A stretch of 64,000 bases of DNA from Myxococcales bacterium. Lineage in GTDB: Bacteria > UBA10199 > 2-02-FULL-44-16 > JAAZCA01. The stretch is from NCBI GenBank assembly GCA_012513515.1, contig JAAZCA010000036.1, positions 9,045 through 73,044 of the forward strand, in the 5' to 3' direction. A program made the position numbers and the translations under genes. Below are positions 47,775 through 57,960 of the stretch, piece by piece. A model generated the notes under the pieces. That model ran no database searches. It was not told where the DNA came from and was given only the letters and a program-made list of their open reading frames with translations. The stretch's first letter is position 1; the number at the start of each line of letters is the position of its first letter.

Positions 47775-50114
47775 TTACCTTTCTTTGATGTATCGCTGAA
47801 TCTGTCTGAACTGGCTCTTTCCATCGAGACCTGCCTGCTGCATTACTGCGCGGGCCTCGCCGCTTCCTAAATAGTGTCCGTTTTGGAATGGATGCATGGT
47901 CATCGAGAGTCCGGATTCTGATCTGATCCACCGAAACATGGTCGGCAGGGTGAAGCCCGTTATTCCAATAGCGTTTTTCGAAGCTGTTTCCGGAAAGATC
48001 TCACGCTGTTTTTCAATCGGCAACATGTCGAATATCTCGGCGCTGGATACGTAATACACATCCAGGTTCATTCCAGCCTGACGGATGAGTGGAAGCGCTT
48101 CTTCGACGAAGGCGTATGCTACTCCGCTTCCTTGTATGACTATCGTGGCCTCGCTCTTTCCATTTGCCTCTACGAGTTTGTAGAGACCGTTTGAAGTCTC
48201 AAGCACCGGGGCGAGATTGAGCGCTTTCCTGTCATAGACCGTTTCGCTCGGACGCGTCACGAACGGGGCTATCACCGCCGGCCTTTTTGCAAGGGCGGTG
48301 GAGAGCAGTGGCCACACTTCCTGGGGATCCCATGGCGTCATGGTTATCATCGTCCCTCGCGGGAAGTTTTCCTGCAGGAGTTGAAGTGCCTGCGGATCGG
48401 CGTGCGTAGGTCCATCCTCTCCGGTTTTTAATCCTGCGTGTGCGCATACGAGTATGAAAGTCTTGTAAGGTTCTTTTTTGATCTCTTGGCGCGACTGGCT
48501 TCCGATGCAATGCAGCCTCGCAGCTATATGCCCAAGCGGCGCTATGAATGCGCCGTACGAGGAACCGGCGCCGATGTTGTGACCGAAGGTGCTAAGGCCG
48601 GAGAGAACGCCTGCCATCGCATCTTCACATATACCCCCTACTGACAGAGTTCTCGCGCCTGCGTTGGAGATCGCGTTGAAAAATCCGGCGGGAAATTCCT
48701 TTCCGACTTCGTTGAAACTGGTTGAACCGAGAAGGTCCGCCGCCGCGACCAATATGGCTCCGCCGCTTTTCTTGTTGAGATAGCCGAGAGCTTTCCCCAG
48801 TTCCCCTCTCAACGTAGTTGACGATCCAGACTGAATGGCAAGTTTGGATGGAACCTTTAATCCCTCCTCCTTGGCCGTGCGATATACGGCTTCCATGTCG
48901 GGAGCGTTTGCACGTGGCTTTCTGGAAAGTTTTGCCAGTCTGCTGCGCGATTCGGATATTTTCTTCGCAAGGTAGGCGCATGTATCCGGGTTATTTTCCA
49001 AAGCCATGCGGATTGCCTTTAGGGCTTCCCAGAAGCATGCCTCGCCGACTGTGGAATCGTCGGAGCATCTTTTCTCATTCTCACAGCGCGGAATTTCCGA
49101 AATACGGTCCCCTATCAGCGGTCCGAGCGTCTTAAAATATCCGTCCGTGCAAAGTTTATGACCAGCTCCATGCGATGCCCGCCCTTCGATTCCATACTGC
49201 CATCCTTTGATTGTCCTGTACACGATAGCCGTCGGCTGCCCGTTGTTCAGTTCGGATGCTTTTTTCTGAGCTGCGAGTATCTGCGCGAAGTTCTTTCCAT
49301 CCGGGACGGAAATGACATTCCAGTCGTACAGATATGCGAATTCAGCAGGGTTCCACTGGACGTAGTCTCCCGGCTTATCGCCTTCGCGGCAGACGGCGTT
49401 GGAGTCAATGGATGCCTGGTTCCAGTCGACGTGCATCATTATGTTGGCTAGCGATGATGTTCCGGCGGATGCGAATGCCTCGGCGACCCTGCCCGGGGTC
49501 ATTCCTCCTTCTCCCTCCACTACGTGAACTACCGGCGCGTTCTTGCCGAACCTGTCGGCGGCTCCGAATGCCAGCCCCAATGATGCTGCCACTCCAACCC
49601 CGGAGGCCCCGGTCGAAAGCTTCACGAAGGGGGTCGCTGGTGTGGGATGTCCGTCGAGAGGCTTGGAGTTGAATTTTTTAAACAGCGGAGTTGATGTAGT
49701 AGGGTTTCTTCTGAAACCGAGCAGATCCTCTAACCTTAATTGAAGTTTTACATCCTTCGGAAGAAGATCCGGATCTGCTATGCGGACTATTTCGTTTCTC
49801 AGTGCCCACATCGCGTAGAGCCCCAGGGCCTTGTGTCCTGCAGCATAGGATATCATGTCCGCATCTTCCCTGTCCGGATCGGAGATATCGTAATTCATCG
49901 TTTCAAATAGTAGCGATGATACGAATCTCCCAGACGATATCGATCCGCCAGGATGCCCTGAAGTGGGCACGTAATTGTACATCATTGCGCAAAGAGTGCG
50001 ATAGACTAGATCCAGTTTTTCAAGGTGATCAATCCCGGCACTTGCATCAGCAGTTTTAATTTCCTTCGATATGTCGATGTAAGTTCCGCGCCTCGGTCCG
50101 AATTCGAATGACAT
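47775..50114 (-). CDS. transketolase-family TPP enzyme, unusually long (779 aa)
   Basis: N-terminal 'SGHPGGS', TPP-binding 'VEGEGGMTPGRVAEAFASAG...NIMMHVDWNQASID' resembling transketolase 'DGCMMEGISHE...DNGISIDG'; C-terminal domain TK-like. Confidence 0.6.
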   Translation of the reverse strand: MSFEFGPRRGTYIDISKEIKTADASAGIDHLEKLDLVYRTLCAMMYNYVPTSGHPGGSISSGRFVSSLLFETMNYDISDPDREDADMISYAAGHKALGLYAMWALRNEIVRIADPDLLPKDVKLQLRLEDLLGFRRNPTTSTPLFKKFNSKPLDGHPTPATPFVKLSTGASGVGVAASLGLAFGAADRFGKNAPVVHVVEGEGGMTPGRVAEAFASAGTSSLANIMMHVDWNQASIDSNAVCREGDKPGDYVQWNPAEFAYLYDWNVISVPDGKNFAQILAAQKKASELNNGQPTAIVYRTIKGWQYGIEGRASHGAGHKLCTDGYFKTLGPLIGDRISEIPRCENEKRCSDDSTVGEACFWEALKAIRMALENNPDTCAYLAKKISESRSRLAKLSRKPRANAPDMEAVYRTAKEEGLKVPSKLAIQSGSSTTLRGELGKALGYLNKKSGGAILVAAADLLGSTSFNEVGKEFPAGFFNAISNAGARTLSVGGICEDAMAGVLSGLSTFGHNIGAGSSYGAFIAPLGHIAARLHCIGSQSRQEIKKEPYKTFILVCAHAGLKTGEDGPTHADPQALQLLQENFPRGTMITMTPWDPQEVWPLLSTALAKRPAVIAPFVTRPSETVYDRKALNLAPVLETSNGLYKLVEANGKSEATIVIQGSGVAYAFVEEALPLIRQAGMNLDVYYVSSAEIFDMLPIEKQREIFPETASKNAIGITGFTLPTMFRWIRSESGLSMTMHPFQNGHYLGSGEARAVMQQAGLDGKSQFRQIQRYIKER

Positions 50115-50138
50115 TACGTTCTCCTTTTTTGTTGTTGG

Positions 50139-51455
50139 TCAGCTGAGACGTTTGCCTTCCTTTATGAAAGCGGCAAAGCCATCACGATCGCGGGCCGCTT
50201 TCGATATCCGTTCAACGCCATTTTTCAGGTCCTCTATTCCGGTTGCGATGGAGAGCCTCAAGAAATGCTTCCCCGCGGTTCCTATTTTTCCGAAGGATTT
50301 TCTATCCATCGACGCCACGTGATATTTGAATAGAAGGAACATCTGAAACAGAGTCGACGGGCTAGTTTTCGCTTTTACTTCATCTGGAAGCGAATTGTAG
50401 GCAGATACAGCGCCTATGCTTTCGCATACACCGCCGATGTTCGGAAATACGTAGAAAGCACCTTTCGGCTTCTGACAGCTTATGCCCTCTATCGAATTTA
50501 GCCCCGATACTACGACGTCGCGGCGCTCTTGAAAGGCGGTGACCATCTTGCGTATTTCGGCCGGACTCTCCGGTGATTCGATTGCGACTTTTGCCCCCAT
50601 CTGGTTGTAGGCCGGTATGCAGGAAAAGTAATTGATGTTGAGGTTCTTGAATGTTTGCGCTTCTTCGGCGGTAGGGAATACAGCCCATCCCACTCTGCCT
50701 CCAGTCCAGGAGTATGACTTTGAGACTCCCGATATGATTATAGTATTGTCGGGCATGAGCGGGGCGATGCTCCGGTGGACGCTTCCGTCGAAGAGTATGT
50801 GCTCGTAAACTTCATCCGAGTAGATCCTGATGTCCGGGTTTGCTTTCTTTTTTATCACCCTCGCGATTTCCGATAGCTGTTCTTCGGTCGCGACGCCGCC
50901 AGTGGGATTCGAGGGAAAATTGATGTAAATTAGCTTGGTTTTATCCGTGATCAGCGGTTCGAGCTCAGCTCCCGTAAAACTGAAACCGGCTTCTTCCCTC
51001 AGATGCAGCGGAACAGGCTTCGCCCCGATGTAGGCTATGAAAGATTCGTATATCGGGAACCCGGGGCTGGGATAGATTATTTCATCCCCCGGATTGCAGT
51101 AGGTCTGCTGGCACAAGCCTATCGGAGGTTTTGCGCCCGGGAAGACGACGACCCTGTCCGGTGTTACGCTGATGCCTCTTGATTTGGAGATATAGGATGC
51201 TATCGCCTCGCGAAGCGGAAGTATCCCCTGTGGATCGCAGTAGTGGGTGAGGTCGTTGTCGATCTGCTTTTTAACTTCTTCGCGGATATGTTTGGGCAGG
51301 GCGAAATCGGGTTCGCCCAAATTGCATTTGATGACTTTGTGGCCCTGCTTCTCCACCTCCGCGATGTAAGGCCCGACTTTAAATGCATTTTCCGTGTCGA
51401 TCTTTGAAACCCTTTCCGCATACAGATTCATGTAACCCTCCCTGGTTTTGTTCAA
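50139..51455 (-). CDS. class I/II pyridoxal-phosphate-dependent aminotransferase
   Basis: 'GVSKSYSWTGGRVGW' PLP-lysine segment; N-terminal 'NLGEPDF' aminotransferase I motif. Confidence 0.8.
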   Translation of the reverse strand: MNKTREGYMNLYAERVSKIDTENAFKVGPYIAEVEKQGHKVIKCNLGEPDFALPKHIREEVKKQIDNDLTHYCDPQGILPLREAIASYISKSRGISVTPDRVVVFPGAKPPIGLCQQTYCNPGDEIIYPSPGFPIYESFIAYIGAKPVPLHLREEAGFSFTGAELEPLITDKTKLIYINFPSNPTGGVATEEQLSEIARVIKKKANPDIRIYSDEVYEHILFDGSVHRSIAPLMPDNTIIISGVSKSYSWTGGRVGWAVFPTAEEAQTFKNLNINYFSCIPAYNQMGAKVAIESPESPAEIRKMVTAFQERRDVVVSGLNSIEGISCQKPKGAFYVFPNIGGVCESIGAVSAYNSLPDEVKAKTSPSTLFQMFLLFKYHVASMDRKSFGKIGTAGKHFLRLSIATGIEDLKNGVERISKAARDRDGFAAFIKEGKRLS

Positions 51456-51849
51456 AATCCGATGTGGGGCGCACTCTAGTGCTGATATCCCATTTAGTCA
51501 ACCTCTGCTGGTTGCAGGTTTTCCTTGTCGGCTTGACCTTAAGCGGAAATTCACTTAGATTGTTGCGCCAATCAAAAAGGTACGTGATTTCAATGAAAAA
51601 GCTTATTATAAGGAAGGCTTCAAATCCATTTTATTTTCATTCCAGACTTCATCTGAGGGAATTGATCGGCTTGAGGGCTTCGAACCCTCATCAGTTTTCG
51701 ATGGCAGATACCGCCGCAGAGACTTCGACAAGAACTCTTAGAGACAAAATAGTCGATGCGATCGAAAACGCCCTTACGGAAATATCTTTGCTTATAGATG
51801 GGCGGAAAAATTTGTTTCAGAACTCGCCTCGCTGGTTTGAATTAAAATT

Positions 51850-52632
51850 ATGAAATATTTGCCTCATTCAATTCCATTCATAAAAAAGAGAGCCGTTGCA
51901 TCCAAGGGGGTGCTCCTCCTCTTTGACTTCGATGGAACGATAGCCCCGATAGTCGGGGATCCCCTGAAGGCTGAAATGCTGCCCCATTGGCGCGATTGGC
52001 TCGTTGCCCTTATGGGGAAGAATAATATTGAAGTAGGTGTCGTAACAGGACGCGCCCAACCAGATGCTGGGGAGAAGGTCCGCATAGATCGTATGCTCAT
52101 AGCCTCGGATCATGGCTATGAGATATGGCGCGGTCGCAAAAAAATATTTTCTATAGGGTCAGAGTTTACCGCCGAGATTAAAAAATTGGGGTCTGTGGTC
52201 TATAAAAAATTCGGGTCAATCTCAGGCGTCAGTATAGAGCAGAAAGATTATTCAGTCGCTCTTCATTACAGACATGTGGATGTGAAAAAGCAGAGCTTGC
52301 TGGTTAAGGAATATATGGAAATGATTCGGCCCATTCTAAAAGAGCAGAACCTCGAGCTTATGAGGGCGAAAAAACTTTTTGAGGTCAGACCTAAAAAGTT
52401 TTGGGACAAGGGAAAGGGATCGAAATGGATATGGGAAAATATCGCGCCCGGATATCTTCCCGTTTATTTTGGCGATGATACGACCGATGAAGATGCATTC
52501 AAGGAACTGAAGTCATCTGGTATCACCGTTCGTGTCGGTCTGAAAAAGAGCAGCAAGGCGGAGTATTATGTCAGAGAGATAGACGATGCCGCTCCTCTCA
52601 TGAAGTGGCTACTCGAGGAATACGGGCGTTGA
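51850..52632 (+). CDS. otsB: HAD-IIB family sugar-phosphate phosphatase (trehalose-6-phosphate phosphatase-like)
   Basis: 'LLLFDFDGTIAPIV' DxD HAD motif I and 'GDDTTDEDAF' motif IV. Confidence 0.7.
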   Translation: MKYLPHSIPFIKKRAVASKGVLLLFDFDGTIAPIVGDPLKAEMLPHWRDWLVALMGKNNIEVGVVTGRAQPDAGEKVRIDRMLIASDHGYEIWRGRKKIFSIGSEFTAEIKKLGSVVYKKFGSISGVSIEQKDYSVALHYRHVDVKKQSLLVKEYMEMIRPILKEQNLELMRAKKLFEVRPKKFWDKGKGSKWIWENIAPGYLPVYFGDDTTDEDAFKELKSSGITVRVGLKKSSKAEYYVREIDDAAPLMKWLLEEYGR

Positions 52633-52648
52633 TGCTCCTGGATTTTCT

Positions 52649-53638
52649 TTAAGCTTTCCTTAGGTATTCCGCTGCGGTTTCCGGAGGGGTCGGATTTATG
52701 TAGAAATCGGTTCCTCTTTCAAACCCGGCTATTATGTTGAGGGACGGAGCTATTTCGATGTGCCAGTGATATATACCCTCAAGGTTTTCACCAAATGGCG
52801 ATGTGTGCAGCATCATGTTGTATGGAGGATCCTTCAAGGTTTGCTTCATTTTTGTCAGGACGGATTTCAATATCTCTGCCAAGCAGGTGATTTCGGAATC
52901 AGAGATATTTTCAAAAGAGCTTTCGTGCCGCCGCGGCAATATCCATGTTTCAAAGGCGTAACGGGGTGCAAAAGGACAGATGGCGGCAAATTTTTCATTC
53001 AGGAGAACTATCCTGGATTCTTGTTTTATTTCATCATCCAGCATCTTGCAGAATATGCACCCGCCCGTCGAGCGATTGAACTCTTTGGCAGGTGTGATTT
53101 CTTCCGAGAGAGCCTTCGGCGTTATCGGAAGCCCTATTATTTGCGAATGCGGATGTTCACGGCTGGCTCCGGCGCTCTGTCCATTATTCCTGAAGAGCAT
53201 GGCATATTTCACCGATCCGAGTTTTTTCATATGATCGAACCTTGCCGTGCAGGTTTTAAGAAAATCCGAGATTTCTTGGACGCCCAGGTCGGCTAGCGTC
53301 ACGGAATGTTTTGGCGTTTCGACGATGACCTCGTGGGTTCCGTGTCCTGCCATGTTTTTGTATATGCCATTCGAATTTAGTTCGGGCAGGGGACCCTCGG
53401 CAAGAGCCGCAAATTTGTTAGGGACAACCCTGGTTTTCCATCCCTGGGAATTTGCCTCGGTCCCTTCCCTTATCGCAAAAACTTCTTCGGGGGTCATCGA
53501 TTCATTTCCCTGGCAAAAGGGGCAGACCCCCTCTTTGCGCTCCGCTTTTGAGACGGTAAAATCTTCGGGGCGCTTGGCCCTCTCCGGGCTTATTATTACC
53601 CATCTTTCGGTGATTGGATCTTTTCTCAGTTCTGGCAT
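52649..53638 (-). CDS. galT: galactose-1-phosphate uridylyltransferase (HIT-like)
   Basis: 'RWVIISPERAKRP', zinc 'CPFCQGNE', active-site 'HPHSQ' (HxHxQ). Confidence 0.85.
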   Translation of the reverse strand: MPELRKDPITERWVIISPERAKRPEDFTVSKAERKEGVCPFCQGNESMTPEEVFAIREGTEANSQGWKTRVVPNKFAALAEGPLPELNSNGIYKNMAGHGTHEVIVETPKHSVTLADLGVQEISDFLKTCTARFDHMKKLGSVKYAMLFRNNGQSAGASREHPHSQIIGLPITPKALSEEITPAKEFNRSTGGCIFCKMLDDEIKQESRIVLLNEKFAAICPFAPRYAFETWILPRRHESSFENISDSEITCLAEILKSVLTKMKQTLKDPPYNMMLHTSPFGENLEGIYHWHIEIAPSLNIIAGFERGTDFYINPTPPETAAEYLRKA

Positions 53639-53656
53639 TTTGTTTCCTCGTATAAG

Positions 53657-54166
53657 TTAGAAAAAGATTTCAAACATTCCGCGTCCGGCTATCGTAGCTG
53701 CCGTGACTGCGACCCCTGCCAAAAAAACGCCGATCGTGTTCGCTACATAGAAGTTTTTTCGGCTCATTCCAAGAAGGTATGCCCCGACCGCCCCCGAATA
53801 GCTGCCGCTTCCGGGCAGAGGTATCGCGACGAATATCGCTATGCCAAGCGTGCCCCATTTCTCCACATACGGATGAACTTTTTTCTGAGCGTGTGAGGTG
53901 AAGCGGTTCCAAGCTTTTCCTATTAGTGGAATTTTAGACAGGAGCCTCATGATTTTATCGATCATCGGGTATAGTATGAAACCCAAGATTGCGTTCGCGG
54001 CTACGCATATTGTGAACGCCGACAGCCACCACATCCCCATCCCTTCAACGTGAAGGCCGAGTGGAAGATCGACTCGTCCACTGAGGATTCCGTATGGAAT
54101 TGAGGCCCTCAGCTCGAATGCCGGTATCATGGTTATTACGAACAGAATCAGAATATTTTTTATCAT
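53657..54166 (-). CDS. small membrane protein, small-multidrug-export-like family (COG2426-type)
   Basis: Start trimmed to MIKNILILFVI (ATGA overlap with upstream gene stop); 4 TM helices; ORF-track N-terminal extension judged non-coding. Confidence 0.5.
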   Translation of the reverse strand: MIKNILILFVITMIPAFELRASIPYGILSGRVDLPLGLHVEGMGMWWLSAFTICVAANAILGFILYPMIDKIMRLLSKIPLIGKAWNRFTSHAQKKVHPYVEKWGTLGIAIFVAIPLPGSGSYSGAVGAYLLGMSRKNFYVANTIGVFLAGVAVTAATIAGRGMFEIFF

Positions 54167-55074
54167 TTGATCTTCCGGTATCTGCCGATTTTGAGATATC
54201 TGCCTATGTTTGCATCCTTCGATTTTTTTGGGATGATAGCGCCGATTGAACTCGTCATTATCGTAGCCATCCCGGGGCCGTGACCGGAAAGGTGCGAGTC
54301 GCCGTGTATCACTACCGCCACCGTTATCGCGCCGCCACGGTGGCACCATCCGAAGCTTGCATCGCAGTCCGCTATTGCAACGATGTCTCCCAGCTTCAAA
54401 TCGAGAAGATCGTTTTGCTCCAGCAAATTTTTATCGGAGGATATCAGGTCGATATCTCCGCTTTTTGAATGCGTGGATCCCATTCCGGAACCGGTCAACT
54501 TTGCGGGAACTATTTTTGCTACCTCCACCTCAAGCTTTTTGCCGAGGGATTTCGGGGACATTTTATGAAGGAGTTCAGGATCGAGTGAGGATAATGTAAT
54601 TTCCGGGAAATCCTCCAGACACAGCCCCTGTCCGAAGGTCCTGATCTGTATTTTGTCGTCGAGCGACATCTTTTCAAACACATCCTTTGGGAAATCTATG
54701 ATTACATGTTCCACTCCGCCATGGTGGCCGGTGACTACTCCTTTTTTGCCAGCCATTTTTCCGCCGATGATTACCGCCTCGTTTCCTATGCAGGTCAGGA
54801 AATTGAACGCCACGTTGGGGCGTTCCTTTCGCTTTTCCGCATTGTGAACTGTGGAGACGCACGGTTCTATATGATCGGCCGCCCAGCCAAAAGCCGGATC
54901 TCCCACTAGCACGTTGAAGGTGATGCCACCTACGCTGGGGATGTTGTGGATTTTCCCGTCGCTGCCTATCTCATTTGGATAGGCCAGCGCCGGAGCTGGC
55001 TTGCCCTCGACTGCAATTTTTACCAGGCGCTTTTCGTTCGTCTTAAGCTTCATCGGTACCCTTTCTTTTGTCAC
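54163..55074 (-). CDS. conserved hypothetical protein (possibly DUF4438 family)
   Basis: No catalytic motif recognised; glycine/histidine-rich segments 'GHHGGVEHVII', 'GHGPGMATIM'; translationally coupled between DUF362 gene and small exporter. Confidence 0.35.
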   Translation of the reverse strand: MTKERVPMKLKTNEKRLVKIAVEGKPAPALAYPNEIGSDGKIHNIPSVGGITFNVLVGDPAFGWAADHIEPCVSTVHNAEKRKERPNVAFNFLTCIGNEAVIIGGKMAGKKGVVTGHHGGVEHVIIDFPKDVFEKMSLDDKIQIRTFGQGLCLEDFPEITLSSLDPELLHKMSPKSLGKKLEVEVAKIVPAKLTGSGMGSTHSKSGDIDLISSDKNLLEQNDLLDLKLGDIVAIADCDASFGWCHRGGAITVAVVIHGDSHLSGHGPGMATIMTSSIGAIIPKKSKDANIGRYLKIGRYRKIK

Positions 55075-56138
55075 AGCTCTACGAGTTTATATTTTCTGCT
55101 CCCCAGTCCGATTTTTTTGGCGTATTCGAGTTGCAGGCTGCAATCGAGCTCGGGATGGGCTTTTTTAAAGACGTCTCCGCTGTTTTGGACTACGAGTTCA
55201 AGCGATGCCGCATCTATCGCCACAGGATCTTCCGAGGCGAGTATCCCTACGTCGGCCGCTATCGGTTTTTCCCTTATTCCAGTGCAGTCGCAATTGGGCG
55301 TGATATGGCATACGAAATTAAAATAGTATGCAGGGATATCTTTCACCGCGCCCAGCGCGTATTCCACGATGCGCTCCTGAACATTTTTTGTCTCTTCGTT
55401 CCATGTGATCGAGAGCGCTGCCGTATGACACGCGATTATGCACTCACCACATCCAGCGCACAGCTTCTTATCGAGCTCAATCTTTCCGTCGGATAGCTTC
55501 AAAGCACTTTGCGCGCACGTAGGGATGCACATGCCGCATCCGACGCACTTTTGTGATGTGACTTTCGGCGCCGCGGATGAGTGCATTTCAAATTTTCCCT
55601 TCCTGGATCCGCATCCCATGCCGATATTTTTTATGGCTCCGCCGAATCCGGTGAGTACGTGACCCTTGAAATGCGATATTACGAGCATCCTGTCGGCGTT
55701 TGTTATTCCGGTGGCGATCTTTACCTTTGAAAAGTGTTTTCCTGGTATCGGTATCTCCCGATGTTCGTCTCCCAAAAGTCCGTCGGCTATGATTACCGGA
55801 ATTTGGAGCCTGTTAAGCGAGAAGCCGTGCTCCGCAGCTACCATGAGATGTTCCACCGCATTGTTTCTGGGGCCATGATAGATCGTGCATGTATCGGTGA
55901 GAAATGGTTTTGCCTTTTTGGACTTTGCAGCCCTTATGAACGGGCGGATAAATTCCGGTTTTACATGACCGTCTCCACCGCGTTCGCCGAAATGCATCTT
56001 AATGGCCAGATATTCACCCTTTGATATCGAGGAGGGGAAGGCGGACCTCTCGATCAGGCTATCTAGTCGGTCGCGTTTCTCCCACGGAAGAAAAATAACT
56101 TCCGGTGCTTTATCGGGATTTGTTTCTGCCAAGATCAT
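55071..56138 (-). CDS. DUF362 domain protein fused to 2x[4Fe-4S] ferredoxin domain
   Basis: DUF362-like N-terminus 'LAIKMHFGERGG', internal 'CVGCGMCIPTC' and 'CAGCGECIIAC' cluster motifs. Confidence 0.7.
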   Translation of the reverse strand: MILAETNPDKAPEVIFLPWEKRDRLDSLIERSAFPSSISKGEYLAIKMHFGERGGDGHVKPEFIRPFIRAAKSKKAKPFLTDTCTIYHGPRNNAVEHLMVAAEHGFSLNRLQIPVIIADGLLGDEHREIPIPGKHFSKVKIATGITNADRMLVISHFKGHVLTGFGGAIKNIGMGCGSRKGKFEMHSSAAPKVTSQKCVGCGMCIPTCAQSALKLSDGKIELDKKLCAGCGECIIACHTAALSITWNEETKNVQERIVEYALGAVKDIPAYYFNFVCHITPNCDCTGIREKPIAADVGILASEDPVAIDAASLELVVQNSGDVFKKAHPELDCSLQLEYAKKIGLGSRKYKLVEL

Positions 56139-56365
56139 ACCTCCGAAGGGGTTTGATTCATAGGTTATGGGCTGGTGTTGTCAATATAAACTCGTCATCA
56201 AGGTCATCATCCGTGCATGGTTTTGGCTGTGCCGCTTGCGGCGGACAGGTGGGGATTCCATGGCGATCGTGACTCGTGATCGGTAACGTCGGCATCCTGT
56301 CCGCCCGGTGTAGGTCGGTTTAAAATTTGTTGTAACGACAGCGGTTTTCGACCGTAATTTATCCC

Positions 56366-57037
56366 TTGCAGCGTCCGATAACATTGGCTATTACCTCAAT
56401 CAGCGAAGAGGAGCTGCGTATGAAATATAAGATATTGAAATACATAGGTTTTTTTGGGTTGCTGTGCGTTATTTCGCTTTTTCCGTCCAACTCCATAGCC
56501 TGCGGACATGAGGGGGTCTATCTTGGCGTCGGTTACTCCCAACTATTCATGTTCACGAACGCCATTCAAAATAATCCTTTTGGCGGTGGGGCGAAGGTTA
56601 AGTTCGGCCCCGGATACGGCGGCCATTTCATCGTTGGATACGATTTTCCGGGCTCTCGCTGGGGAATTCAGATCCCGTTTGAAATAAACAGGCTAAAGCT
56701 CAACCAGAGCGAATGGGTGAATTTCATCGACCTGTCGCTTGAGGGGGTCCTTCACATAGTGGAATGGAAAAACGGGGTCGACTTCCATCTGGTAGGAGGT
56801 GCGGGATGGTCTTACTTGACGGACGGGTCTATTGATAACAACAGCCAGGCAGGAGGCATTTCTGCGAGCTTTGGCCCTGGGCTTTCCTATTATTTTGCCC
56901 GGACTGAAAAGGTGAGCGCCTCGCTCACCCTCGAGGCGCCGTTTCGTTTCATACGCTTTTTCGGAGACAATATCTCCAGAGGCGGGGCCTCCGTCTTTGC
57001 ATTTCCAATCAGAATCGGAATGCAGGTCGGCTTCTAG
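56366..57037 (+). CDS. small outer-membrane beta-barrel protein (OmpW/OmpA-barrel-like), hypothetical
   Basis: Signal peptide; alternating amphipathic strands; C-terminal '...MQVGF' terminal Phe typical of OMPs. Confidence 0.5.
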   Translation: MQRPITLAITSISEEELRMKYKILKYIGFFGLLCVISLFPSNSIACGHEGVYLGVGYSQLFMFTNAIQNNPFGGGAKVKFGPGYGGHFIVGYDFPGSRWGIQIPFEINRLKLNQSEWVNFIDLSLEGVLHIVEWKNGVDFHLVGGAGWSYLTDGSIDNNSQAGGISASFGPGLSYYFARTEKVSASLTLEAPFRFIRFFGDNISRGGASVFAFPIRIGMQVGF

Positions 57038-57098
57038 TACGCATTTTTGGCAAATCCTCTTATTTGACAGCTAAAGCGGGGCGCGATAATCTCATCTC

Positions 57099-57956
57099 AT
57101 GAAAAAACTAATATCCCTTGTCTGTTTTTTCTCCCTGATTTCATCTGTCGCATCGGCTTTCGAGACCATTGGGTTTCAAAATCCCTACGGAGTTGCGGTA
57201 GATCCTGACTCCGGAAGCATATATGTTTCAAACATCAACGGCCCCTATGATTCGCGTGATGGAAACGGGTTTATATCCAAACTGAGGGGGGATGGAACCG
57301 TCGATCAGATGAGATATCTTGGAGGCGAGTCGGGCAGCGTTACGATGAACGCCCCCAAGGGAATGGCGGTCGTAGGAGGCAAGCTCTATGCAGCGGACAT
57401 AGACAAGTTGCGCGTCTTCGATTTACGCAAGGGAACCTTTCTTTATAATATCAACTTTGGCGACTACCTCGTCCGTCATCTGGTAGGAATAATCAAGGGG
57501 CCTGACAGGGCGCTTTATGTTACGGATGGTCCGGCCAATATCATCTACAGGATCGATCCGGATAGGCAGCATGAGGTCACGCTCTTTGCATCCGGCGATT
57601 TTTTAGGTGAGCCCCATGGGATATGCTGGCATCCCGTTCGTGAGATATTTATGATCTTGGGCTGGGCCTCCGGAGAGCTTTCGCATCTGGATAAAATCGG
57701 GAAGAGACAGATTCTGCCGTCTGTTTCAGTTCCCAGAATGGAGGGATGTGCCGTCGATAGCGCTGGGAATGTTTATCTATCCAGCGAATCGTTGGGCACT
57801 ATATTCAGGCTTTCGACGGCATTATCGCTTTTTCCGTTTTCGATCAATGAAGGGAGTCCCGTCGGGATATTGTACAGGGAATCGGCAAAAGATCTCATAT
57901 CCGTATCGATGGATTCCAACAAAGTGAAGAGTTTTTTGGTGGATAACGAAAAGTAA
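57099..57956 (+). CDS. secreted NHL-repeat / SMP-30-like beta-propeller protein
   Basis: Signal peptide; repeated 'G.IYVS/LYVTD/VYLS' blocks about 45 aa apart. Confidence 0.55.
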   Translation: MKKLISLVCFFSLISSVASAFETIGFQNPYGVAVDPDSGSIYVSNINGPYDSRDGNGFISKLRGDGTVDQMRYLGGESGSVTMNAPKGMAVVGGKLYAADIDKLRVFDLRKGTFLYNINFGDYLVRHLVGIIKGPDRALYVTDGPANIIYRIDPDRQHEVTLFASGDFLGEPHGICWHPVREIFMILGWASGELSHLDKIGKRQILPSVSVPRMEGCAVDSAGNVYLSSESLGTIFRLSTALSLFPFSINEGSPVGILYRESAKDLISVSMDSNKVKSFLVDNEK

Positions 57957-57960
57957 TCGA

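Noticed and set aside
51383-51853. 156-aa ORF spanning divergent intergenic region between aminotransferase and otsB-like gene
   Set aside because: Overlaps aminotransferase start on opposite strand and has no RBS or motif; more likely promoter region. It also contains a T-arm-like hairpin (GAGGGCTTCGAACCCTC), which lacks the acceptor and anticodon arms and so is not a tRNA.
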